Positions 1 to 12,000 of a stretch of 59,385 nt of DNA are shown here, piece after piece. Position 1 is the stretch's first letter. Each line of letters opens with the position of its first letter. The position numbers were made by a program, and so were the translations under genes. The notes under the pieces are model-generated. The model was not told where the DNA came from. It saw nothing but the letters and a program-made list of their open reading frames with translations, and made no database searches. The DNA comes from Vicugna vicugna (Eukaryota): NCBI GenBank assembly GCA_013265495.1, contig MU058584.1:620001-679385 (forward strand). The letters run 5' to 3'.

Positions 1-1919
1 AGGTGCCTGTTACAGAGTAGGAAATGCTGCCAGTGTTTCTCCCTTGGAAAAGACCCAAAAAAGAAAAGAAAAGAAAAGAAAATCCCCCAAAGCAAAAAGC
101 AACCTCCCGACAAACTGCAACTTTGTTTTGTGTTTTACTGTTGAACCAGTCAGCGTTTTCTAGTGCCACCTGCTTAGCTACCTCCTTCCTTAGAGCACCT
201 TCCATGTTTGTCACCGCATCCTCTCTGTTCTCCTGGTTATTAGGTAACGCCGGCCGGTTTGGTCTGGTGTGTCAGCACAGTCGAATGTTCAGCCTACTTC
301 ACAGGCTAGTCCACGGCAACTTACAACATCTCCATCTGGTTACCGCGGAGTGGTTCTGGCTGGTCCACGCCACTATGAGGCCAGTGAAGGGGAAGCCTGG
401 TCTCTGAGATGGAGGGACATGCATTCCGTCAGCCCTGGGAAGGGCTTGCTGCTCCAGCCAGTGAATACACTCCCTCTGCATCCTGTGCCCACGACGGGTG
501 GACCCAGTTGCTGGATAGGAAAATGGAACGCATCTGCACTGCCCATCTTATATTACCTTCCCCGCAGTCTCTGGGTATCTGGTAAATTCTGTTTGTCTGC
601 CTTCCTGGCTCAATTTAAATCATGGGTCCTCTGTGTTAGGGACTGTTAGAAAGTCTTTGCAGCAGAACTGGTGGGTTCCGTTTAGGCCAGACCAAGGTGT
701 GACATTTCTAGGAGCTGGATCTTCTGGAGAGGCTGTACAGGCCACCTGGGAAATGATTCCACGTACGACAAAGCTGAGGGATGAGGCTGTGGTCACAGTC
801 AGCAGCCCCGCCCATGCTGCTCCCTCCGCCCCCTGCATTCACCAGTCGGCAGTTATGTAGATGGTACAGATCATGGCTACAGGCTGGGGACTTTTCTGGG
901 AAGCACCTGGGAGATGGGTGAGCTGGGCTCTCTGTGCTCTAGACCGTCCATAATCCAGCCCAGCCTACCTTGCCAGCTCCATCTGGCACTCCTGCCTTGC
1001 TGCTCCGGTACCCCACTGCTCCAAACTGCTCAGCAGTGTTTCCCTGCCTTCTTTCAGACTGTCCTTCTGCCCCTGCCTTTCTTTCTCTTTCCTCTGCCTT
1101 TGTCAGGCTCTCTTCATTCATCCTTCAGATTTCAGTGTAGGTATCCGTTCCTCCGGGATCCCTGCCCAGGCACCACCACCAGCCCGTCCTCTGCTCTCCT
1201 GTGCATTCCTCCACTGTGGCCCCACTTGCCACCTCACATGGAAGGTAGCTGCCTCCTGGTGTCTTGGCCCTAAGTCCCTGAGCTCCTGGGGCAGGGGCCT
1301 TGTCATCTTCATTTCTGACTCCTCAGTCCCCAGTACAGCTCCTGGCACATCACAGGAGCTTGATAATGATGTGCTCTGAGCTGAACTACACTCAGAGAAT
1401 GTATCATTTAATTTGGGAGGTTTTATATGTATGTACACACATACAGTCAAGTGCTAAGTGGTGTGGAACAGACTAGACTGGGCTCTCACTGAGATCAGGG
1501 GTAGGCCAACCCCACCCCGTTCAGCCGCCTTCCTCAGGGTCTCCACCCACAGGCGGTCTCTGTACCTGACCATCCACTGCGGAGAAGGATTGAGGGAGGC
1601 CATTTTCAAAGTGGAAAATGATTAATAGGCCAGTGTGTCGCTCATTTCTCTCCAGCCAGAGCCTTCGTTAATTCTGCTCCCTGGACAGGTGGCACCTTGC
1701 CAAGGAGCCAGCAGAAGCAGGCACTTGAGTGCAGCCTAATGTAAGAAGCATCGCACTCCAATGCCAGGCACCGGCTCACCTCTGGTTGCCGCTCCTTCAG
1801 CTGCCGTGAGTTCCAGTCCTTAATATTTGTACTTTACCCTTTTGGGCTTTAGTACTATTAATTGGTTCTTTGTAATTATATTTCTAAGCTCTTGTATATT
1901 CCAGAAATTGTGCTAATCA

Positions 1920-2560
1920 ATTTACATTCATTATCTCATTTGTTTTTCTCAACAGCCCTGCAAGAAAAGTCCTATTAAGCCCATTTTTTAGATTCAGACA
2001 ATACTGCATTCAAAGAATTCACACATGTAATCTCATTAATCATCATGCCTGGTGAGGTAGTTATTTCAACCCCGTTTTAGAGATGGGTAAACTAAGACTG
2101 AGTTGACTAAGCAGATTGCCCGAGTCTTACAACCAATAAAGAGCAGAACTAGACCTGAAGGCCTAGGTTTTTAGACCCAAGGAGATTTCCCATCGCCACA
2201 TGGTTCTTCTGTTTCCATCACACCAGTCTGATAAAAATTTCCAGGAAATGGTCATGGCCCAGAAATAACTTACTGAGTTGGACCTTCTCCAGGGGTGAGT
2301 GCAATTTCATTAAACCCTGAATATTCATGTAGGATGGGAATTTAAGGCCCCATTCACCAGCCCCTGATTTTACAGAAGAGAAAACAACAAAGAGTAGTTT
2401 TTCAGTGTTAACCTGTGCTGGCATGGTCTCTGATTCTCCACAATAACTCTGTGCAGTAAGAGTTATTAACCCCACTTTCTAGATGCGGCTGACCAGAGGC
2501 TTAGGGGGCTTCAGCAACTTGCCCAAAGTCACTCGACCAGTAAGTGACAGAATTGAATCT
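1920..2560 (-). mobile_element. Cluster of MIR SINE fragments
   Basis: MIR core-like words (ccccgttttagagatgggtaaactaagactg, aacttgcccaaagtcac). Confidence 0.65.
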
Positions 2561-3912
2561 AGTGCCTCTTGAAAACATCCATTCTGAAGGGTTTTGGTAT
2601 GAATCTGCTCTATGGATTGCAAGAATTTCAGCCCCAAGCAGGAGTGGCAGAAGCATTTCTATTGCATCTCAAATTGCAAATTCAGGGAAGGCTGGCTCAT
2701 ACACTAATCTGGTTATTGACACTGGAGATTAAGCATTCAAATGAGAGATGAGTATTAGTGAGAGGAATGTTTTGGATTTTATAGCTACCATGGTCCTGAA
2801 AAAAAAAAAACAAACCCTCAGCTCAGTACCAGTTTTCTCGGTGGTTGTCTGACCTCTTGTGGCTAGATTTAGGCATTGCAGTTTCTGGCAACTAACTTCT
2901 GCAAGAGGCAGCTTTTCATGGTGAAAGAAACATTTATTTATGAGATAAGTACTATCTCCTTTTGAAAAGGCTTGTTAATTTTCCTAAGATCATTCAACAA
3001 GTAGTATGTGGAGTAAGAAATAAAACAGATGACACTTTTTTCCCAGTAATTCCAGCAAGAGAGAGAAAATAGAAAGGAAGGAAATCTTTGGAAAAAATGA
3101 GAATTCTCCAAAAGTACAGGAAGATTAAAATCTTAAGAATAAAATGGCACATAGACTTTCAAACAGGAAAGAGGAGGAAAATTTCATACTTGGACACATT
3201 ACAGTGAAATTTAAGGTCATAAAAACAGACCACCTTTAAAGTTTCCAGAAAGATAAGATCAGCTATGAAGGAGAATCAGATTAACATCAGACATTTCAGT
3301 AAGAATCCTGGATGCAAATTACTAAGGGCTTAATATTTGATGTTGAAAGAAAAGAATGTTAAACCTATATTTTACATTCATTTTAACTGTCATTTAAATG
3401 ACAGTTAAAATGAATGTAAAATAAAAATATTATGGGGCACATAAGACTGCAAAAGGTTTACTACTCAAAGACCATCTTTGAAAATACTCTTGGAGGAAAT
3501 ATTCTAGTAAGAAAAGAAGAAAACTCAGAAGTCCATGTATTTGGAAATATATAGGAAACGAGGATGAGTAATTGATTTGGTAAAGCTTACTGCAACTTAA
3601 ATGGTAAAGGACCCAAAAGAAGTAGGTAACAATAATTCATATGTTAGAGATCAGAAAATGAGGCGGGATTAATGATGGTGACAGAAAGGAAATGAGAGTG
3701 TGCTTAATTATAACAATATATTTTAAATATTGTAGAGGAAAACAAAAATACAGGTCTTAATAAGCTATGGGTAACCACCAAAAACGTTTGCTTTTTTTAA
3801 AAAAACAGAGCTTTCAAATTAGCAGGGGTAAATCTACTCAATGAAAAGCAGAAAAGGAGAAAAAAAAAGGAAACAAAATGTATAGTAAATGGAAAGAATG
3901 GCGTAAGATTTC

Positions 3913-4301
3913 TTTCTTAGTCAGGCTCCCGTAACAAAATACCATAGGTTTGGATGGGTTAAAAAACAGACATTTTACTAGACTACATTTCTTACAGTTC
4001 CAGGGGATGCGAAGTCCACAATCAAGTGCCAGCAGGTCCCATGTCTGGCGAGAACTGTTTCCTGAGGGGCAGACAGCTACCTCCTTGCTGTGTCCTCATG
4101 GGGCCTTTCCTCAGGGCTTGCAGGTGGAGAAAGAGCTCTGGTGTCTCTTTTTCTTCTTATAAGAGCCCTGATCCTACCATGAGGGGACACCTTATCTAAA
4201 CCTAATTACTTCCCAAAGGCCCTGCCTCCAAATACCATCACACTGGGGGCTCAGAGCTTCAACATATGGTTGTGGGAGGGACAAACATTCAGCTTATAAC
4301 A
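3913..4301 (-). mobile_element. MaLR LTR (MLT1A-like)
   Basis: ctaaacctaattacttcccaaaggccctgcctccaaataccatcacactggggg...acaaacattcag is typical of antisense MLT1. Confidence 0.8.
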
Positions 4302-5351
4302 ATGGCAGAAATAAATTCAAATTGAACGAATTATAACAAGTATAAGTGTATTTAGCTATCCAAACAAAAGGAGAAAATTTTAAGTTGGAAAAAAATTAGA
4401 TCCAGCAATATTTTGTCTATAGAAGACAGAGTTAACACAAAAGATCTAAAAAAAATTAATAACAAAGTGATGAAAAGTTAAATGTCAAAAAGTATGGATG
4501 AAAAGAAAGGATAACATTTTAATGTGATATTAAAATATAAAGTCAAAAAATTATGAGACAAAGAGAAATCATTTCTAAGGAAACATTAAGATGATGAAAT
4601 AATTATAAAAAGTTGTACACCTAAAAATATAACCTCAAAATAGTTAAAACAAGAATGACAGAACTATGAAGACAAATCTACACATCAACTACCATAATAA
4701 GAAACTAAACTCTTTTATATATTGGATTAAAATGAGAGACATTTCTCTTTGATTCTGATAGGTCAAATAGATTAAAGAAAAAAAGAAAATCTATAAAAAT
4801 ACTTGTTTTATACAACCTATAGTCTTGAATACATTGGGGAGAGGGTGAAGAGAGTGAGCTTTAAAATGGATAGAAAAAACAGTTCCTTCAAACAAATGAA
4901 ATATCCTCAGAATGTCCACATATACCAGGTCATCAAAGAAACCTCAGAAATGAAATCAAACTATGTTATCTAACTTCAACACTACATAGTTTGGAATCTA
5001 GACTAAAGCAAAAACTAAAGTACATATTTGAAAACAATTACAAACTACTAAATTCTCTTTGGATTGAAGAGGACGTTTTTACAGGGATTAAAAATACTTT
5101 GACCTGAACAATAAATTTGCAACAAATACAATGTTAAAAATTTATGGGGTACAGCTAAAGTAGTACTGTGAAATAAACTCATAGCTTTAAATGTATTTAT
5201 TAGAAAATAATACATTTTGAAAATAAGCCAAATAAGCTAAAATGATTTAAAAAATCAGTGAAATAGAGAATAGCAGTCTAAAAACAATTTTTAAAAAATG
5301 ACTAACGAAACTAAAAGCTGGCTTTGAAAGGACCATTAAGATGCATAAAAT

Positions 5352-5514
5352 CTGGGGGGAGGTATAGCTCTGTGGTAGAGTGTGTGCTTAGCGTGCACAA
5401 GGTCCTGGGTTCAGTCCCCAGTACCTCCATTAAAAAAATAAAATAAAATAAATAAACCTAATTACCTCCCCCCCTCAAAATAAAGTGGCAAAACTAGACA
5501 AATCAAATTTTTAA
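5352..5514 (+). mobile_element. tRNA-derived SINE, camelid Vic-1-like
   Basis: GGGGGGAGGTATAGCTCTGTGGTAGAG...GTCCTGGGTTCAGTCCCCAG (pol III A/B boxes), A-rich tail, perfect 14-bp TSD aagatgcataaaat (5338-5351 and 5515-5528). Confidence 0.88.
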
Positions 5515-8500
5515 AAGATGCATAAAATTGATTAGTAAAAAGAGTAAGATGCAAATAAAATACAGAGTGAAGAGATATGATGACTGTCACAACATAGACT
5601 TAAAAATAATAAAATAATATTAACTATATAGCAATAATTTCAAAAAAATTAGACAAACTGGATAGATTCCTAGGAAAACAAAGAATGCCAAATTTGGCAA
5701 AATAATTGAATAAACCAATAAACCTTAAAGACATTTATGTAGTTATAGAAGACTCCCTCTCCATTTTTGACCAGAGCTTCAAACTCAGTTTCATAAGAGT
5801 ACTAATGAACTTTCCAGCAACAGATAATCATTACCTTACAGATTTGTATGTGACCATCTCAGTAGATACAGAAACAAATCATTTAATACATTTCAGAACA
5901 TTTCTAGCAAAAACTAAAATAGCCTTCTTAAAGCTATAACAGACATTGTGCTTAAATGGAGAAAATTTATAAGCATTTCATATAAAATGGGAGCAACACT
6001 TTCATGACTAGTGCTAAATGTATACTGGAGGTCCTAGCCAATCAAGTAAACATAGAAAGCAAATAAGATGCATAAGTGGTGAAAGGAAAGAAAGCAAAAT
6101 GTTATCGTTTACAGCTGAGAAAAATCATTTACATAGAATTTACAATTTAATTTACAGTAGAATCAACAGGTAAGCCAGTAGATCTAATGAAAGCATAGTT
6201 TGCTACTGCTGTAGTCTGCTAGAAATGTAATAAAACATATGACATAAGTTTATAGCAACTAAAAATAAGAATTAATCTAACAGAATATATAAGACTTCCA
6301 TGGTAAAAATTTGTGATTGCATTAACAAACAAAAAAGATGGCCTGAATAAATAATGAATGATTATGCATGTGAAAACATCACAAGAATGTCATTTCTCCC
6401 CTAAGTACTCTACAAATTCATTGCAAGTTTACTCAAAATTCCAGCAAGATGTTTTGAGAAACTTATTTATTCTAAAATGCATACAGAGGAATCAAGGTCT
6501 ACAAATAGCTAAATTGGTTTTTAAAAATATGAGAGAGTGCTTATCCTACCAGGCAATAATATATTACAAAGCCAGAGTGTTAGGACAGTTGTGATGTAAA
6601 GGAGAAACCATAAATCAGAAGTGGAAAAATGAATTATTAAACAGGTTGAAATGGGAAAACTACTTCAATGTGTATGGAAAAATACAAAGTTGGGTTCTTA
6701 CCTCTCACCATGGGTCCCAGATTAGCCTCAGATTCATCATTTATTCAATGAATATTTATTGAGCATCTACAGTGTGTGAAAGACTTTTCTTGACATTGCA
6801 TCTATGTCAGTGAAAAACACAAAAGTCCTTGCCGTCATTAAAACGCTAACTATAGAGGATAGACATATAAAGCCAGTAGAAGGAAATGTAGGGTAATTTC
6901 TTTTCATGATCTTGAAGTGGGGAAAATGAAAATAAAAGAAAAATGAAATAAAAGAAGGGTCTTGTATGGCTGGATCGTGATAATGAGTTAGGAACTAAGA
7001 CATGTGATTAACTCAACTCCCCCTACCTAAGTCCACTTAGATGACCACAGAGGGAAGACTGTTCGAATATAGGATAGCTCCAGTGGGCTAGAGTTCTTTC
7101 TTATATTTGGCTAAAACTGCCCTCCTATGAACACCCAGCCATTGGTCTGAGTTCTGCTGGCTGGCACTGTACCCAGCGAATTTTGCATCTTCTGTCACAG
7201 AGCAGCACTGAAAAAGCTGCTGTGGCCTCAGTCTTCCCTCTTCCAGTCCCGCAAACCCAGATCCTTCAGCTGGTCTTCACGTGACCTGTTCAGGGTCTTC
7301 TAAAACATTTCAGGGAACTATAGCATGACAGCCACATCAGCTATTAAATGTGGCTTGCTCGTTTGAGAAATGTGCTGGAATCCCACTGGGGACCATGCAT
7401 CATATAATGTGCTATGCCCAGTGCTCAGGAAAAAAGGGAATTGCTTCTATGATACTTATAATGGAAAGCTCTTCTATGATAGCCTTGTTCCACTAGATTT
7501 TGGAATGTATGAAGTTCAAACAAATCTCTGCTATCCAGAATGAGTGACTACATTTTATATGTTGGTTTATTTAGTCATTATTTAAGAAATTGTCACTGAG
7601 TATCTTTTCTGTGCCAAGGATTGCTGTGGGCCCTGACAACTGGGACATGCTTCTCTGTACCCTGGAGAAAGAATCAAAGACCCAGGACTGAACCCTGGGG
7701 AGCAGGCTCGCTTCTCATGTCCTTTCCTGAACCAGCCAGAACTCCCTCAGCAGCCGGAACAAGGCTGCATTTCACTTTTTGTCTGCTGTGGATTGCGTGA
7801 CCCAAGAATTCAGGATGGCTCATACACTGAGGTTCCAGCCACAATGTCAGCTCATGTTTCCTGGAGATCTAAGTTCCTCTCTTTAATAACTTGAAAAGGT
7901 AAGGCCAGGGGGTGCTGAATGGTTCGCTACGGTTTGAAGACGGGTGAGAGAAAGGGCGTAGAATTTGGTACATTCCACACTAATCAGGTCTTACTTTAAA
8001 ACGTGAAGTAGCAGGAAAATTTAAACGGCCTTAAAGCCAATGCAACAAACTCTTCAGGAATAAACTTTCAGTCACGTCTCTGAACTGGGCACAGCTCTCG
8101 GCAGCACACATTTCTATACGCTGTGGAGGATTCAAGGGAAGACCCAGCTGTGCTTTGGTGGTGCTAAAAACCTAGTCGGGACCAGAAACTACACGTGGGT
8201 TGCTTCAAAATCCCCATGTATGTCATGCTGCAGAACCACATCCATGCTGCTGGAAGTGGCTAGTGCATACATGAAATTAGGCAGAATCAGAGAGGCAGTG
8301 TCTCTAGGGCAGTGTTTGGCAGAAAGATCAAGGTTAGAAAGAAGGCAAGTAGCCCAGGCTGGAGGGCGAAGGGTGCCGGAGTGGGTCAGGGCTCTCACCG
8401 TGACCGAGAGCAGCACAGGCAGGTGCAGAGAAGGTGCTGGCTGTTTTGGGGAGTCTGGGAGCCGAGTCCTGTGCTGGTGCTGCATTCATGTCCACTGCTG

Positions 8501-9030
8501 CAGGATGTCTACCGGACACAGCCAGGCTCAGCAGAGAGGCCAGGGCAATGTGTATCCTCCTGCCCAGCCTCTCGTCTTATAGATGAAGAAACAGAGACCT
8601 AGAAAAAGGAAGCTGTCTGTCTGAAGTCACATAGCCACAGGACTGGAACGCAGGCTCTTAACTAGCAATTGGCGCGTTCTCTTCTGTGTGGAGCTGCCTC
8701 TCTGGTCGCCTGGTTAGAAGGAGGACATTAACCACGATATAGCGGGGGCATCTTTAACAAGTCAGGCTGTCCTACTCCAAGCAAGAAGAGTGAGAGGGGA
8801 AGAAGGGCTTAGAAGCTGCTTGTGCTGTGTGCATGGGAGACGGGGACATGGGGAGTGATTTCTCTGAGGCTGGTGAACAGAACGTCTTCAGTCACCCAGA
8901 CCAGGAGAATCCAAATTGTCCCCTAGAGTTTGGCCTTCTGGTTTGGCCTATACCTGCAGGAGAAGCAAGGTCGCTGGTGAGAGCTGTCACCCCATCTTTT
9001 CTCTAAGTGCTTTGTCCAGTCTCTTTATCT

Positions 9031-9068
9031 TCAAGGCAAGAGGTCCACATAGTCACTGTTACTGTTCT
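9031..9068 (-). CDS. SH2D1B: SH2D1B coding exon 4 ([12 protein letters not shown])
   Basis: Acceptor ttctccccccAG at 9070-9069; stop TGA at 9033-9031; matches the EAT-2 C-terminal tyrosine tail. Confidence 0.95.
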
Positions 9069-12000
9069 CTGGGGGGAGAAAGCAGAAGGCCAGTTGTGAG
9101 GCTCAACACTCAGGAGTTACACTGACCAACACCACGCAGGGGAAGGAGACCTCTCCCCAGGCACAGCATGATCTTGATGCCACATCAGAGCTATGTCTTC
9201 AAGGGCTGGGGTACCACAGGGAGCTCTCCTGGCAAGTTAGGGGGTCTTTTTATAAATCAACCGTCAGAATTTCCAGCACCTGATGCCCCCATTCACCAGT
9301 AGAAAAACCTGTGCCTCGCTCAGAATGGGAACATCTGAGGCTTGTTTTAAGGAGGCCAAGTGAAGGGGAGGAAGAGGATGAGGGGAGGCGAGGACGCTCC
9401 CCTTTTGGTAGCTGAGGATTTGGGAGCTCGCCCTGCCAAGGCTGACAAAGCATGGACAACTGGTGTGGCGAGACTCTCACCCAATTCTTGGGGACAAACT
9501 CTAAAGGGTTCACCTCTTAGGATTTTTGGTTCTTTTATATTTGTGGAGACAAATACTACCAGAACGCCAAGCCCCCTCAGCAGCTTATCCGGGTTTGCCT
9601 AAGGATGCAGCACAGGTACATTCCTGGGTTTCTACACTGCCTGGCTTTGCCTTTTACTTTCTGTAAGTGTCGAACTCCATCTGCAGCTGAGCCTATAGGA
9701 AGTGACTGTGTGTGTACATGGGTGCACACGCCTCTGCATGGGGGGAGGGGGACAGAGGAAACAATGGTGGGGGAGGGTTTCTTTCATAATTAAAAAGCCA
9801 TAATTAACAAGCTTGGTCCTGTGGGGGAGGTAAAAAAGGTTGGTCTGGCAGCCTAAAGGGCAACTTTGCTGCAGACAGAGTGGAATGTGTGTGGGGTGAC
9901 TGCACGGTCCCTTCTCCCTGACTAGCACATCCACACACCACCCCCATCACCTGCCCACTGAGGACTGAAATACCTCTACTTGGGGCTGTAACCATACATC
10001 CCACCATGAGAAAACAGAGCTAAACCGTCAATGTCCCCGGAAGTCTGAGTTAAATGCAAACTCTGTGACAACTGACAGATACTAGATTCTTTTCTGAGAG
10101 CAGATTTCAAGGGGGTGTAAATAAGCAAGAGTAACTGTTTGGGGTATGGTTTGGATTCTCTGCACTCATCCTGATGGTCTCTCATTTTCCACCATGGCTT
10201 AATACCTTTCGGAGTGTATCTGAAATAATTTATTCCCTAACACTATATAAATGAAGGCTTAGCAAATATTGAGCAAAATGTAACAGGATGAGCCTTGGGG
10301 AGGGAGTTGAAGCAATCTTCTCATTTGAAAGTTTTGCCTACTGACCATCTAGTCCCAAACCTCTGTGGTTTGCACAAGGTCACAGGACGAGTTTGAACTC
10401 AGATCTTGGAGAGTTTCCAGGAACCACTCTTGCTCCCCGGGCTCTCCAAGCACAGAGAGCTCTATCTGTTTGCCTCTCCAGGAGCTTCAGGGCACCGCTT
10501 CCCAACAAGATGGAAAGTGCTCTCAGTAGGATGAAGCTTTTCAGGGCTAACATCATAGAAAGGGTCAATTATCTGTACTGATTCTGCAAAGTAGGCCATT
10601 GGTGGAAATGGGACTTAAGTTCCTGTCTGACTCCCGTGTGAGAATTTTTACCATAAATACTGTCCAACTGTATCTTTGATCGTCTCCATCTCAGGCAGGG
10701 GCTGGTTCTCTTGATTGGCTTTAAAAGATGAACCACCAGCCCTTGATTGGGTTTTTCATACTTGGAGATCAATTCCTTTAGGTTCGGAAAGACCTGTCTC
10801 TTAGTGCCTTCCACGGTCTGCAAAAATGCAAGAAAGAAATCATCATGCAGTTGTGTGTGAAAGGCGACACTTCTCAAAACAGTGGTTTTCAGGGCTGCCT
10901 CTGAGCGGCGAGCTTAACACAAGTGGCCGGCACTTGGTGCGTGGGTGCTCACACCACACACGATGCACACAAACCCTCCTGTTTAAAACAAAACTCTGAC
11001 TTGAGCTACTCTGAGTAAAGAGGATTGACAGTGAAGGGCCCCCCACCTCAGTCTGCAGTGCGGAGTGAGTCCCCATCCTGGGCAAGTTGGGGCAGGCCCT
11101 GCAGACACACTGTGGAGGATACCCTCTACCAGCTTGCACCAGCCTCTGTGTGCTGGCAGGCTTGGCTCTCCTAGGGGACTAACAGAGGCAGACTTATGAT
11201 GGGAAGTGCAAAATGTGCAGTTTACAAACTGGATGAATTCAGAATCTGTGTGAAAGGAAAAGACAAAGAAATTCCAATTTAAATTGAACATAGGAACGTC
11301 AGTGTGATTCAGGTAAATTGTAAACAGTTTTCTGTTGATCAGCGTAGAAACCTAGTTCAGTTCTCTGATGTGATCTTATAGAAATAATTTAAAAACAAAC
11401 AGCTTCGTCTCCTCTTATATATTTGACTTCCTTGATGATCGCTGGTTCTCACGTGGCCATGGTGTTGGTCTGTAGAGAGGGGTGCTGATCAGAAGGCCAG
11501 AGTGCAGTGTGGTTAACGTCCGTAGCACAGACACAGCCTGACATGGAAGTCAGTTGCAGGAAGGCCCACTGAGGCTGTCACTCCGGCCCAAGGCAGCATC
11601 CTGCCCAGGCCTCTGAGCCCGGAGCTGCTCTGCCATGCAATGCCCCTGTGTCTGATTTATAACTGATTCAGATACCTCTCTGTTGTGTCCAAGCAAGAGA
11701 CAAAATGGGGTGTTAAGGACTTATCCAGAATGTCCCAAAATATGCACAACAAAGAAATAAATGTTTTTAAATGAACTGCTTTCTAGAAAACGTTTCATTT
11801 TGAAATAATTTCAGACTTAAAGAAAAATTGCAAAACTATTTCCGCATATATCCTTCACCACACTCCAAATGTTAATGTGTCATTCTGTTTTTCGTTCTCT
11901 AAGTACATAAATGTGCATATATGTATATACATATATCTTTTAAAAATTTTTGACAGTAAGTTGCTGACATGATATCCCTTTAACCCTATAATATCTCATA

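Larger units (their letters stand above)
3050..6960 (+). mobile_element. Old degenerate L1 (ORF1/ORF2 remnants) interrupted by a MaLR LTR and a SINE
   Basis: A-rich plus strand with L1 ORF2-like words (ggatagattcctaggaaaac, tactggaggtcctagccaat). Confidence 0.75.

Noticed and set aside
1..1900. ORFs 24..407, 269..649 and 914..1273, or the 3' end of a neighbouring gene (C1orf226 by recalled human synteny)
   Set aside because: No recognisable protein or exon structure; it may be UTR but cannot be supported from sequence alone
5354..5427. tRNA gene
   Set aside because: The A-rich tail and TSD show it is a SINE head, and the tRNA-like portion is degenerate
7000..9030. ORFs 8189..8602 and an exact SH2D1B polyA site
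   Set aside because: These are overlapping ORFs without homology in the probable 3'UTR; a minus-strand AATAAA at 7571-7566 is only a candidate
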